64,000 nucleotides of DNA from the NCBI GenBank assembly GCA_028534125.1, contig CM052817.1, positions 103,232,001-103,296,000 on the forward strand, written 5' to 3'. How positions within the stretch are numbered: position 1 is the first letter of the stretch; each line of letters opens with the position of its first letter. Position numbers and translations under genes: made by a program. The stretch comes from Lama glama (Eukaryota). This document shows, piece after piece, positions 14,906-27,034 of this stretch. The notes beneath the pieces were generated by a model that was not told where the DNA came from, searched no databases, and was given only the letters and a program-made list of their open reading frames with translations.

Positions 14906-17900
14906 TTTTTTTCCTAATATAAGCCACTTAGACGAAAGAAAGTTATTCAACGCCTGATAAAAGCTATAGACAGAAGTTAAAATGATTAAAAGGAAGGCAA
15001 TTTATAGATGCAAGTCAAATTTAAAATAATGTAAAATGACTGCTCCATCCATGATTATCCTGCCACCATCAAGACAGACAAAACCTATACATCTACATAG
15101 TAGTTTAGTCTGTCTCTGTAATATTATTCACTATACATCTATATAATATTCCACATGAAAATTATCTATCTATATTTCTATGCTACAATTTTTAGCATCT
15201 TCCAAAAAATGAATTTGACTCTTGAGAAAATACACTTAATGAGATACATATATATATATTGCTGTATAGGTACCTCTGATTTTTGAGTTAGTGTAGTTTC
15301 CAAAAATATGTTAACTTGATTCCCATGATGCTGATTATGTGGAGAATCTGACCTAACATTTACTGAGTTCCCACAACGAATAAGACTGCTTTCCTCCAAT
15401 AAACTTTAAAAAAAAATTGTGCTGAACAATGTCACAACTTAAGACAAATGGAACTATTTCAACAGAACAGTTGTACTTTAAAATCAGATGTCCGACACTG
15501 CAGCTAAAACACAAAAAGGACCCAAAGTATTTTATTTTGCACATGTCTAACATTTCCAGTAGTCTTGCCTACAGATATTATCTTTATATCTGCTACAGCA
15601 AAACAGTATGGGGAAGTGTTCGACCCTTGCGTCCATATGCAGCCACATTTTGCAGAATCAAGGGAAGTGCCCACTGGTTATGCAACTTGTCAGTTAAGCA
15701 CCACACGCATGAAAAGAGTGACTCCAAGACCAGAACCTACGCACACATTTCAATATGCAAAGGAACTGCCTAAAAAGGCGCCTGACAGATAAAGTAAAAT
15801 AGCATATACAAAGTGGGTACTCATTAACTGTTCCCTGCATTAAATTGACAGTACTAGCGATAATGACAAAAGCCTACAGTTTCTTCTCATCTTGGAGGAC
15901 AGATTTCAGCTTGGAATGCTACACAGCAATTTTTATAATGGCTATGAGAAAAGGTTGTTTTGAAAATTACCCCTGGGCTAGGAAAAGACAAACAAGGGTA
16001 TTCAGGAGTCTGGTCAGGGAGGTGACAGTCCAACCTGTAAATAAATGGAAGTTTTCCTACCCTGAACTCATGGTTAAAACTTATGACTTATACAAGTTGT
16101 TGAACTGAGCTCTAGAAACAAGATATTTCTCAGGGGAAAAAAAAAAACTGCACAATGACAGTGAATAGCAGCCTCATAGTAAAAGGAAGATTTTTCTGGG
16201 TTTGAAGACTTGAGGTTTCACAGGAAGAATGCCGGGGTAGGTCCATCCTGACAGCATCATTTTCGGATCTGAACAGCTGAGTAGCTGCCCGCATGTGCAA
16301 GTACCTGAGATAATTGTAGCTTCTCCCAATTACCTTGACGTGAATAACCACAGCAAGGGCTTTTTTAGAACCTAGGTTTAAGTTAAAAGTCCCATTTAAA
16401 AAAGAAGTAATCTGTATTTTTCAAATAAACACCTTCTCTTTGACACCAAATGTCTTTAAAGTGAGCAGTATGATCATTATTGGACTATGATGCTCAGCAG
16501 TGATTTCACAGTAAACAGGTTTCTGTAAAAAATATTTACTGGTAGTAGAAAGTTGTTTCAGGGTTTATTATGATAAGCAACTCATTTCTTTGTGTTTAAC
16601 AATCAACTTTGTAATCTTCTACAGGATCCACCTTCAAAGGTTACTAACGGGACAGTTACCGTTGCAGGTAAATCGTCTGAACGTAATAAATCGTCTGAAC
16701 GTAATCGGAGACACTGGCAACAGTCTCTTCTCCGAGGCCACATTGTACTAGAAAGAGCCGGCTGCTGGAAGGTCTGCAAAACACCATAACCTGAATTTCA
16801 AAAGAGAAACATTTGCAGAGCAACGGACTGGGAGCAATTCCAGTAATTAATGAGATGGCAGGAAAGAGCAAATTTAAACCTGTCTCAAACTTGAGCTCAC
16901 TTGACCCATCAGCTGACTCTCAGATAAACCTCCTCCTCTGTGGCATTTTCAAGTGCATGATTTGAATCATGAATTTCACGAGGGAAGGCAAGTTACGACC
17001 TGGAGATGTACGACTTCTATGCATAAAACAGCAACACTAAGGGCTCAGGCAGATTTTTCAAAAGGTCAACAATTTAACTAAGTAAATTTTACCAGTTATC
17101 TTTAGAACTTTTAACACTTAAAAAGCAGCTTAACTTTTTTAAATGTCTCAAGAGGAAAGAGGCCCAGAGGCAAAGAGCCTCAGGCGAGTCCAGTTACAAC
17201 AGACAACACACCCAAAAGATGTGCAGTTGGTGAATTTCTCCATTTCGCCAAACTGGATGCACCACAATAAAAAACCAGTGTTCACAGAACGAAAATGTGT
17301 TTCTATCCTTTCCCGCTGTCATGCTTCTGACATGCTAACATGCACAAATGCAACACTGACCTTCAATACACCTTTGTTTTGTGATGCACAGTCTTGCCTG
17401 TTTGAGAAAATTCATTTATTTCCCAAACACTGAGTGGCCACTATGTCCTAAGCATAGAACTAAATATTTGGGATAAAGAAATAAGCAAAATACGATCCCT
17501 GACCACAAGATTCTCACAGCTCACTGGGGGAACGTGTATACTAACAACAGACAATGCTACAACAGAGGTAATAATCATTGCTGAGACATATTGAATCAGG
17601 AACTTTATATTTACTACTACATTTCATCATCACATTATTGTCATTTTGTAGGTGATGAACTTGAGGCTTTGAGACAAGTTAAGTGACTTGCCCAAGAACA
17701 GCAGTGATAAATGGGAATACAGGATCTGAATTCAGATCCCCTGACACTGAAGCATATGCTGCACGTAAACTTTTATGTTACAGCTCTTCAAAGAACTATG
17801 GAAACACAAAGAAAAGACCCCAGCAGTGGGGAGAAAATTAGGAAGAAGTGAGAAAGGAGGTTTTGAAGATCTTTCACTTCCACTGTCAGTGAAAGAAAAA

Positions 17901-20563
17901 AGTAGTCAGGACCTGAGCAGTTTCATTATCAGTTCTCTAGAAAAATAAGTTAGTTTGCCAAAGTAAACGTTGGAATCGCTCTAGGTTTATTTAGCTCCCT
18001 GAAGAAATAATGAAAGACACTCAAATAACAATGACTATTTTCACTGATGCTACTGAATGAAGCAAAGTAAGATGCCAAGCTGAAGAAAAGCTGGAACGCC
18101 CCACATTGTAAAAATTGATAGAGGACAAACATTTGTGAACAAGAAGACAGTGACGATTAACAGGAGGAAGTCCCTCAGGGCGGTCCCCTGGGCTCGCGCA
18201 GATGGGCTTACGTAGATTGTTAACAGGTGAGCATCTGTCTCCTCTGATGACACAGCCAGAGGGGCCACCTCCCAACGAGCATGTTCCAGACCAACCTCCA
18301 GTCGGCGGAGAAACACTTGAACAAATTAGCCCATGTTCTTAATAACCAGACGCAAGCAGCTTCATTCAGTTCTTTTCTATGCTACTTTTGGCTCTGTGAG
18401 GTATGAGTCTTTAAAGTATGCCTATTTTATAGACAAGGAAAAGACGTAAACAAGTGAAAAGCATGAAGCTATTAAACAATAAAAGCACGTGTCACTTTAC
18501 CCTTTCCAATCAAAACTATCTGTCCTCTGCCTGGTTGCTTCAAAATCATGTTCTCAATTCAATAAGCATAACTTAAGAGCTTACACTACATAAATCACTA
18601 TGTTAGCCGTTGATGGGCAAAAAAAAAAAAATGGAAACCATCTGCTCCCCATCCCTGGGGAGCTCCCTGTTTGCGTGGGCTCTGCTGGAGAATTATTAAA
18701 CGAAACTTCGCAATGTGATGATGAATGATGATGAACTAGACCGCTGTGCTTCTCCACCTAGTCTAACAGCAGGTACAAGATAAGCTCCCCGGGGAAAAAG
18801 GATTGGAAAATACTGTGCAGTATACATCTGCGTTGGAGATCTGAGCCATACATCAGCATATGAAGGGCTCTGCTAAGTCTTGGAATATACAAACCTGTTT
18901 ATCTTGGTTTAGCAAAGACTTAAACCAAGCTGAACTAATGTTCCACTGAATCCGCTTTGGGAACAGCTGGGTTCTGTGTCCCCCACCCCTCCACTTACTG
19001 GGACTCTTTTCTGTATTTGTCAAAAATATCTTTCACCAAGAACCAGGAGGGGTGGGTGTTCCACCCCTGTGCTGTGCCCTGAGGGAGGTGCTCGCACTTG
19101 ACTTCTTTGCGCCTCTCAAATCAGTTTCATAGGAAGACACATTTTGTCTGAGCACAGGATATGTTAGGGGCCAGCCCAATTTCCTCTCTTCCTTTAGCCA
19201 ATCACAAGTCAATCAAGTACATTATTTCTGGCAAGAACTACACTGACTCACTTGGGTCTAAAAATAACGCTCAACCACATGTGGTACCTCTAGACCCTTC
19301 TCCAGAATCTAACATCAATAAGGTGTTACTCAGCTGTAGTCACTTCCCACTAATACACACTCATCTTGCAGGAAAAGAGGCCATACAAAATAACCAACAT
19401 CCCCACTTCCTTTCTTTTTTTTGAGCACTATAGAAATTTTGCCAGCATTTAATGTTCCATCACAATATTTGGCAAATGCACACTGGCATTCATACACTTT
19501 AAATCTGAACAGATTTGGGGAGGAACCAGTCCAAAATAATCATTCCAGCCTTTGAGAAAGAAAAATCTATGCTGTGAAGAATGTTTCTGAGATAGCATTT
19601 TAGCTATAAATCAGATTTACTCCCCAAGAGCAATCAAACTACATGTAAAAGAATTTGTGTTTTAAACAAACTAATCTTAACTCATATGTAACTCTCGGAA
19701 TATTTGTCTGGGAATATGGACTCCACCGCTTAGACATAAATTAACAAAGGTTTCTTTTATGAGTATTGCAATGATGGATATGCATGCCCGGGAGAGCATA
19801 TGTTTGGGTCTGAGCACAGGAGTCCCTATGTGTAGAAATATCTTAAATGTATAAAATATGAGCTAACAGAAAGAAAAGTGGGAAACATGACCAGGCTTGG
19901 CAGGTCTCATATCTCAGGGGAACACATCTGAGTGCAGAGACTCAATCCGAGCCCAGACTCCATCCCAGCCCCGTGTCTGGGGTTCAGATTCATGATGTGT
20001 GAGGGGATGAGACCAAGTCTTCTGAGAATGGCTGAGACCCACCACCCTCCCCCAGGAGATTTCTGCAGGCCTCCAAGTGATACAAGATGACATGCGAGAC
20101 GCGCAACATCCAGCCAGTCAGGAATCAAGCTGACAGAATAGGTGTGAATGTTCCTCCCTGATCAACTCCCAGTGCGACTTTCCTTCCCTCTGGATGAATT
20201 CAGAAGTGGAGTATCTGAGAAAACTGATCGCTTTTCAGGAGTTCAGTTTAAATTCAGCCCATGGCCTGGTACCAAACAAGTACAATAATCACTTCTTTCT
20301 GCTCAGGAAGGGAGTTGGTGGGGTCAAGGGGCGCCATCTGTCCACAGTCTGCAAATCTACCCTCGTCAACTTCTCGCCCCCCAGTTCTAACACACGGAAA
20401 GGCTTTATATATACATGCTGTTTTGTTTTGGAGAGTTTTTCTATTATGATAACTAAATACTTAGAAATCAGTTACATGTTTTTAAAGTTCAGAAAGAGAA
20501 TTTAGATTAAGGAAACTAAAAAACTTGACACCTCTCTCTGTTGGAAGATAACATGAATATGGG

Positions 20564-20699
20564 TGGGGGGCTATAGCTCAGTGGTATAGCACACGCTTAG
20601 TGTGCATGAAGCCCTGGGTTCAATCCCCAGTCCCTCCATCTAAACAAACAAACAAACAAACCTAATTACCCTCCCCCAAAACAAAAAAAAAACAAAAAA
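20564..20699 (+). mobile_element. tRNA-Ala-derived SINE (vic-1-like, camelid)
   Basis: A box TAGCTCAGTGG, B box GGTTCAATCC, AAAC/A-rich tail; TSD ATGAATATGGG at 20553-20563 and 20700-20710. Confidence 0.9.
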
Positions 20700-21330
20700 A
20701 TGAATATGGGCAACTTCATCGAAGTTTTAGTCAAAAAAATAAATTTGTTAAGCTAAATGTTATTTCTGAATAGCTTAATCAGAAACATGATTTCAACCCT
20801 CCAAAAAAAACCCTATAATGTGAAAATACTTAAGAGAGTTGCCCTCTTTCAAAAGCAGCTCTGTGAAAACATACGTCTGTATGAGCTACCCTGGAACTGG
20901 TGAATTTCAGTGATCTGTACATCCCTGCCTTCTTGTCAGCCATTCTTCAGTCGCCAAATGCCCCTGACCCAAGGTCCACAGTCCCCTTTCTTCGGTCCTC
21001 TCACTCTTCTTGCAGCCCTGACCACCTTTACACTGTCCTCCAACCTGCCAATTCTCAGTCCCCCACAGGGCAAGGACCACCTTGTGGACCACTATACAGC
21101 CCCGACATCCTGGCTCACCTAGAGTGTGCAGGTGTTCAAAAGACACTGAATGCATCCACTTCAATCTCAAAATAAGTATGGGTATTCCTTTCTCATTCCT
21201 TAAAATATTTTCATCTAAAAGGAATCTGAAAGCCATTTAAGAATAGTGAATATTTTCCTTTATTCAAAACTTCCTATAAAGTTAATTCATATAAATACTA
21301 TCAAACTGACCAGATCTCTGCATTTGCTAG

Positions 21331-21721
21331 TGTTAAAGACAACACAACAGGCCCAAAATGGAGTCACTTATGCTAAGCCCCACATCACCAAACTTAATTA
21401 CATCCCAAAAATGAACTCTTAAACCAGCCAATCAGGAATCGTGTGCTCAGCACAAGCGAGGTAATCACGGACCACTGCCACCCCCTAAAAGAAAGTAACT
21501 TTGCAATAACCAATCCATTTTGTTCTTTTTTTTTTTCTGCCTGATGTAACTTCCTTGGTTCTGCTCCCTTATGCCTATCAAAGTCTTTCATTTTGTACAA
21601 CTCCTAGGAACACCTTTCCGTCTGTTAGATTGAATGATGTTCAATTCATGAATCATTGAGAATTAATGAATCATGAATCAATAAGATCTTTAAAATTTAC
21701 TCAGTTGAATTTATTTTAACA
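21331..21721 (+). mobile_element. Solo LTR, ERV1-like
   Basis: Termini TGTTAAA...TTTAACA form a perfect 7-bp inverted repeat; AAAATGGAGTC motif near the 5' end; CCAAT boxes; degenerate polyA signal near the 3' end. No TSD is evident. Confidence 0.75.
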
Positions 21722-23449
21722 GTTCTCGAAAGATTTCCAACCTACTATCTCCTCTTAAAAGGTTGGGGAGTGGGGGGTGGAAATCATCCTGTGGTTTTTT
21801 TTACGGTTCAAAAAACCCTACAATGGGTCGACAGTTTGCATTCTATTAAGTAATATCATGAACTTAAAGTTTCCTTCATTTCACAAGGACTTATAAAGCA
21901 CATAATATAAACATTTCTTTGTTCACCTTCTTAAAATGAACTAAACCTGTGTATCTTGTGTTTACAAAGAATAAAACATTTAAGGCACTGTGTTACTCAG
22001 CAAATGACTGACTCACTGTTCCCCTAATGTGTACTAAGCACCTGCTCTGTACCTGACCCAGGCTGGGCGCTGGAGACACAGCTCTACCGCATCGGGCCTG
22101 CAGTCTGAGAGGGACCTACAGATCCTGACAGACTCTACATTCCAGATATTCGAACAAAAGAATTATGGTTTTCATTTTCAAAAGCATATCACATTCTAAC
22201 AGTAATATCACTTTATATATAATTTTATTTCTAAACTTGAAGCAAGACCACAAACAGTTAACATTAGCTTTTATATCATCTCTTTGAAGAAACAATTAAC
22301 AAAATTTGAGGTGCAATCTACAACAAAACAATCAACGGTTCTATTTAAGTAGGAGGAGAATCACAAATATTTAGATTGGCTTTCTCTGAGCCTAGGATGT
22401 CTTGACTTTGGCCAAAAATCTGAAATAACCGAAAATGAGCTGTCACATTAAAAAATGTCCTTATCTTCAGATACAAGTATGAGACTAATTTTCAAAATTT
22501 CCAATTGAATCCTGCTGGGGTGCATTAAAGAAAATGCTTTCTAGAATCTGATTTTAGGGTTTGGGCAGCAAAATTATACAAATCTTTTCATTTACATTTT
22601 TTGAAGGTAAGAAATGTTTCCTGTTTGAAGATCTATTATTAGTCAACCCCATACACTTTCCCTTTGAAAACCAAAGTGTCTCCACGGGTCACCTATTTTA
22701 ATCCCTTCTCAGCCTGGTTCTTCAATATCATTATGAAACTATTCTGGCCCTACACTGAGAATTTTTACCTGTTTTCTCGCTTTCTTTATCCTTTAAAAAA
22801 AAAAATCAGGCATGCCACGCTGATGTCACTAGCCCAGATTACTTCAACAGTACCTTCAGGATCATAAGACCAGGCTTTAGGAGTTATAGCATTCCTGAAG
22901 AGCAATGAAAAAGAAACACCAAGGACATTTTTTAAAATACCTCTTTATTAATGCCAAATACATAACATTTAATATAAATTAAAACGTGCCCTAACACACT
23001 CAGGAGGAAGATGCATAAAACGGCCATCTGGGAACATCCGTCGGGAAAAAAAAAAAAAACCTGGTCACAAACTACTCATCTCAAAGGGCTAAAGCAGAGA
23101 AAATGAAATATTCCTTTTTCCGTATAAAGACTGTATGCAGTTTCAAAATCAGAATGCCTGCCAGAGGCCACTTTCTCACCCTCTACCAGCCAGTGTTGCC
23201 AAGATCCTTAACATTCCCTGAGCATTCCAGCAGCGCGTGTACCGAATGCGCACACACAGGTAGAAATGGGGAGGCAGAGCCCCCAGCAGAGGCAGAGCCC
23301 CCAGCACCCAGTACAATTACTGGGTCCTCTGGAAATTAGGAAACAAATGATAAACGACTTCTACTCAATTTTCTCTGAGTCCCTGCCTTCTGCACCTTAT
23401 CCTTCTACTCCCGTTTGCAAGGAAGGTCGACCTCCTCCCTGAGGCCTCT

Positions 23450-24440
23450 CAGTTATTCCCTGCGGTCTCCGGTGCTGCGAAGTGGGGGTGACAGCGACTC
23501 TGCGCCCCTACCTCCACCCGCCGCAGCCCCTCGGGCCTGTGCTTCCCCCAGCCACCCACCCACGGGTGTTCTCGGGGCTGGGGAGGGCGGACGGCAGAGA
23601 CTAGGAGGCGGCAATCTCCATCCCCAACCCTCCCTCCACGACCCACCTTCCAGCCCAGGCGCCCCGGCGCAGAAGGCGCCACGGGCCCCCTCTCCGTCCT
23701 CCCCCACCGCCAGCCCACCCCGCGCGGCGCCCTTACCCGGCTCGTGGACGCCGGGGTTGTCGGACAGCTCGAGCACCAGCAGCTCGCGGCCCTCGAAGCT
23801 GCGCCCCACCGTGTAGATCCTGCTGACGGCGGCGCACTGCAGCCACACGGACACCAGCGCCTCGCGCAGCTCCGGGTAGCGGTGGTACTCGAAGGGGATG
23901 CCGTCCTCCTGCGGCCGCCGGCGCCGCCTCGCGCCCGCCGCGCTCCCCGCGGCCCCCCGGGCCTCGGCGCCCAGCAGCCACGCGCAGGCGGCCAGCGCCC
24001 CGCACAGCGCCAGCAGCGCGCGGCCCCCTCGCCCCGCCATCGCGCCCCGCGTCTCCGCGCGGCCTCCCGTGTGCCCGGCGCCTCGGGGCGCACGGCCGGC
24101 GGGTCCCCTCGCCTCGCCTCCCGGCGGCCCGGAGCGAGGAGCGGAGCGAGGAGTCGGGAGCGCGGCGCCGGAGCGGAGCGGAGCGGAGCGGAGCGCAAGA
24201 CGCACGGCCGCCGAGCGCGGGACGCTGGGGAGGCGGCGAGGAGCCGGGCGGGGCCCCGGGCGGGCGGGGCCGGGAGGGCGGCGCCGCCAGCCGGATTCGC
24301 GGATAACCGGGGGCTGCTGCGCGATTTGCGGGCTCGGGGCCACGTCAGAGCCAAATGGCGCCGGGACGACCCAGGTGGGATGACAGCTAAGGTCGGGTGT
24401 GGGCACGCTGCTGTCATTGAGAGACCCGTGACGCTGCGTG
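23450..24440 (-). promoter_or_regulatory. CPE: CpG island / TATA-less promoter and 5' UTR of CPE
   Basis: Very high GC and CpG density; GC boxes (GGGCGG) at about 24245-24285; GCCACGTCA at 24339-24347; YY1-like AAATGGCG at 24353-24360. Confidence 0.9.
23737..24040 (-). CDS. CPE: Carboxypeptidase E, coding exon 1 (signal peptide, propeptide, start of M14 catalytic domain; 101 codons + 1 nt)
   Basis: Translates to [29 protein letters not shown]...[32 protein letters not shown]...[12 protein letters not shown], the recognisable CPE N-terminus. ATG is at 24038-24040 and the exon ends at donor G|GTAAGG (GT = plus 23735-23736). Confidence 0.98.
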
Positions 24441-27034
24441 GGGAAAAAAACACTCCGGGATTGGGAGTGCAGCCTTTTAAACTGCCATCCGTGCCAAGCC
24501 GACCAGGTTTCCATCTTGATGCGCCAAAAATTAGAGAATATTCCAGAAAAAAAGAAACACAAAGGAAGTATTGGCAGCCACTTGCCTTCTCCCCGTGATG
24601 TGTCTTTAATAATGTATTGATAGTCCAAACACAAACCCACGGGTTGGATGTTCATTGATTGCAAGTTCTGCCTGGAAAACAGAACATGCTGCCCTGTGAT
24701 TTAGAGGTTTAAGGAACTAAAAACGCTTTCTAGCCATTTGCAGATACTGTCTTTAACTGTATTTAATCATATTCCTGGATTCTTCCAGGGGAAAAAAAGC
24801 ACAGAAAAGACAATGTCATGTGCCAGTGCTTTTGCCAACCCCCTCTGTAACTCCTGTGGGGGAAACAGTACAGCTGGAAGCGCTGCACACAGGATTTAGT
24901 TTGGTATTAAGGTTAAATCTTTCCAGAGCAGCTTATCTGGGTGATTTGGGCTCAAGGTCTCTTACCTGGTTGTAACTAAGATGTTGGACTGCAGTCCAAA
25001 TGAAGGCTGGATTGGGGCTGGAGAATCTTCTTCCAAGAAAAAATAAATGAAAGATCAAATCCTGTTATAGAAAGAAAACTCTGATCGTGGGAGATGGTAT
25101 CTGGGTTCCCCTCCCAAAGTTATTGCAAAAATATAAAATCATTTACAGCATTAAATACCCATCCTTTACACATGATTTGTAGTCCAGGAAGAAATCTGGA
25201 GCAGATGTTATTCTGAAGAGGTTGCCATTTGGATTCAAAAATAGTACAAATCTAAATAAATGATCCATTTCAACCAAGTAGAGAAACTGGACATCATGTG
25301 GATAATTTTTTCATGTTAGACGTAGTTTTTTTCTTAATTCACTTTTTCTCCATATGCCTAACATGCAGTGCACTGAATAAAAACTTGCTCCTGGAGAAAG
25401 TGTAAATGATTTTATTGGCTCAAAAAAACAATGCTGCTAGAGAGACTGGTTTCAAACTCCTCTGACTGTTTCCCACAGCAGCATAGATCTTTTTTGGGGG
25501 ATTTTGAGGGGAAAGCTGCCACTACAAAGACATGCCACTCAGTTGAATTTGCACCCAGCTGTGTTCCTTTTCAGTGCAGGAATGACAATGCAAGAACCTT
25601 GTATATTTTCCTCTATGGTTAGTCTCAGTTTGATTACATGGTCCCCAGAAGTTTGCAACCAAAGCTATAATTAGATTTCTAAAATCATGCCCAAAAGAGC
25701 AACCTTGGAAACCTTGAAAAAGAAAACAGAGTAGCCAAAACCATAACTTCAGAAGGGGAAGGTCAAGAGTTTCATGTTAGCAATTTAAGGTAACCACACT
25801 GATTTGTGGCTAGGTGGGTCACATACTGGTAAGAACACACGTAAACATCATATGAGTCAGTGAAATCCTGTGTTGCCCTTAAGCTTCTCTTCAGACAAAG
25901 GGTGTGTTTTCTATTTTCTCCCAAATCTCAATTTTATGGATTGTTTTTGTTTTTGTTTTTTACTTTTTTGTAAATGGGTGGAATCCTCCCAGCAATGTGG
26001 TCTCATTTGAGGGGAGTCTTTTTTAAAATCTTAGAAACTGGTTTTCCTTATCTACAAAATGGAAGATCTGGATTCATTCAAGTGCAGCACAATCATCTAG
26101 AGAATTAATAAAATGTGCAGATTCCCAAGCCCTGACCGATGCAGTAGATCTGAGGTGGGGGTTCAGGTATTAACAAGGTTCCAGGTTTTAACAAGAACCC
26201 CAGGTAGCTCAGATTTTGATGTTTGACTGACAAACATACTTTGAGAAATACTGTCCCATGTGATTTCCAAAGTCTTTTTAAATCTAAAATACTATGATTC
26301 TGGAAGTTTTCTTTTTGAGAGATGCTCTTGCATACCTGATAGATGATTGAGACTGTCAGTTACTCGCGGGCACAGTACACACACCAAGGAATCAGTTCAG
26401 AGGAGTTAAAACTAGGTCTTTGAACTTCTGGGTGATTTTACTGTCGGTCAGCTTCACTGCAGCCTATGTCATTTGTTCGCGGCTTCCGAGGCAATTATGT
26501 GAATGGTTACATACCCATCCTGATTCCTGGGTAGGAAATCTTGCATACTGATTGTCTAATGCATTGGACTCTGTGCACCCATAGTTAAACGTAGTGTGCA
26601 CCCACATTTTAAATCATGCATGTGCATGCACACAGAAAAGAGAGAGTTCTGTTGCTCATCTCACTTCTGAGCATCCATAAGGACCAACTGAAGCTCCCCT
26701 AACCTCCACTTCCCGCATCACCCCTACTACTTTTCAAATTCAGGAGCTATCTCTTCCTATCTCCCAAACCTTTGATTCCCTCCTTCCAAAGTCCTGTCTA
26801 AAACTCATCTACTCCACAAAAGTGCTGTAGACATACCACTTTATATCTATCTGTCCAGTGATTTGATGGTAAATGTCTGACACTCAGCTCTCCATGGGGG
26901 ATAAAACCGGGTTTAGAGTGTTTGCTGATTTCCACAGGGTAAATATTCCCTGTGGCTGATTTCAAATGGCCGATGTGACGTCACCAGACACAGCTTGAGA
27001 AGAGATCGGCGGCAGCACACCCTTATGCAAATTC

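Larger units (their letters stand above)
1..23736 (-). other. CPE: CPE intron 1 (partial; exon 2 lies beyond the left edge)
   Basis: Follows the exon 1 donor. No CPE exon-2-like peptide (EPEFKYIGNMHGNE) was seen in the window, and CPE intron 1 is known to be very long. Confidence 0.85.

Noticed and set aside
15072..15115. Short hairpin (AGACAGAC...GTCTGTCT) as a candidate intronic miRNA
   Set aside because: The stem is too short and imperfect for a pre-miRNA, and I saw no match to a miRNA I recognise.
20564..20640. Possible tRNA-Ala genes (also 44108-44185 and others)
   Set aside because: Mutated stems, SINE-specific tails and TSDs show they are retroposed SINEs.
23449..24664. Long ORFs of 403, 334, 284 and 161 aa over the CPE CpG island, including an in-frame upstream extension of CPE
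   Set aside because: Stop-codon scarcity in very GC-rich DNA explains them. The translations are low-complexity Arg/Ala/Pro/Gly, and only 23737-24040 resembles a real protein and begins with a signal peptide.
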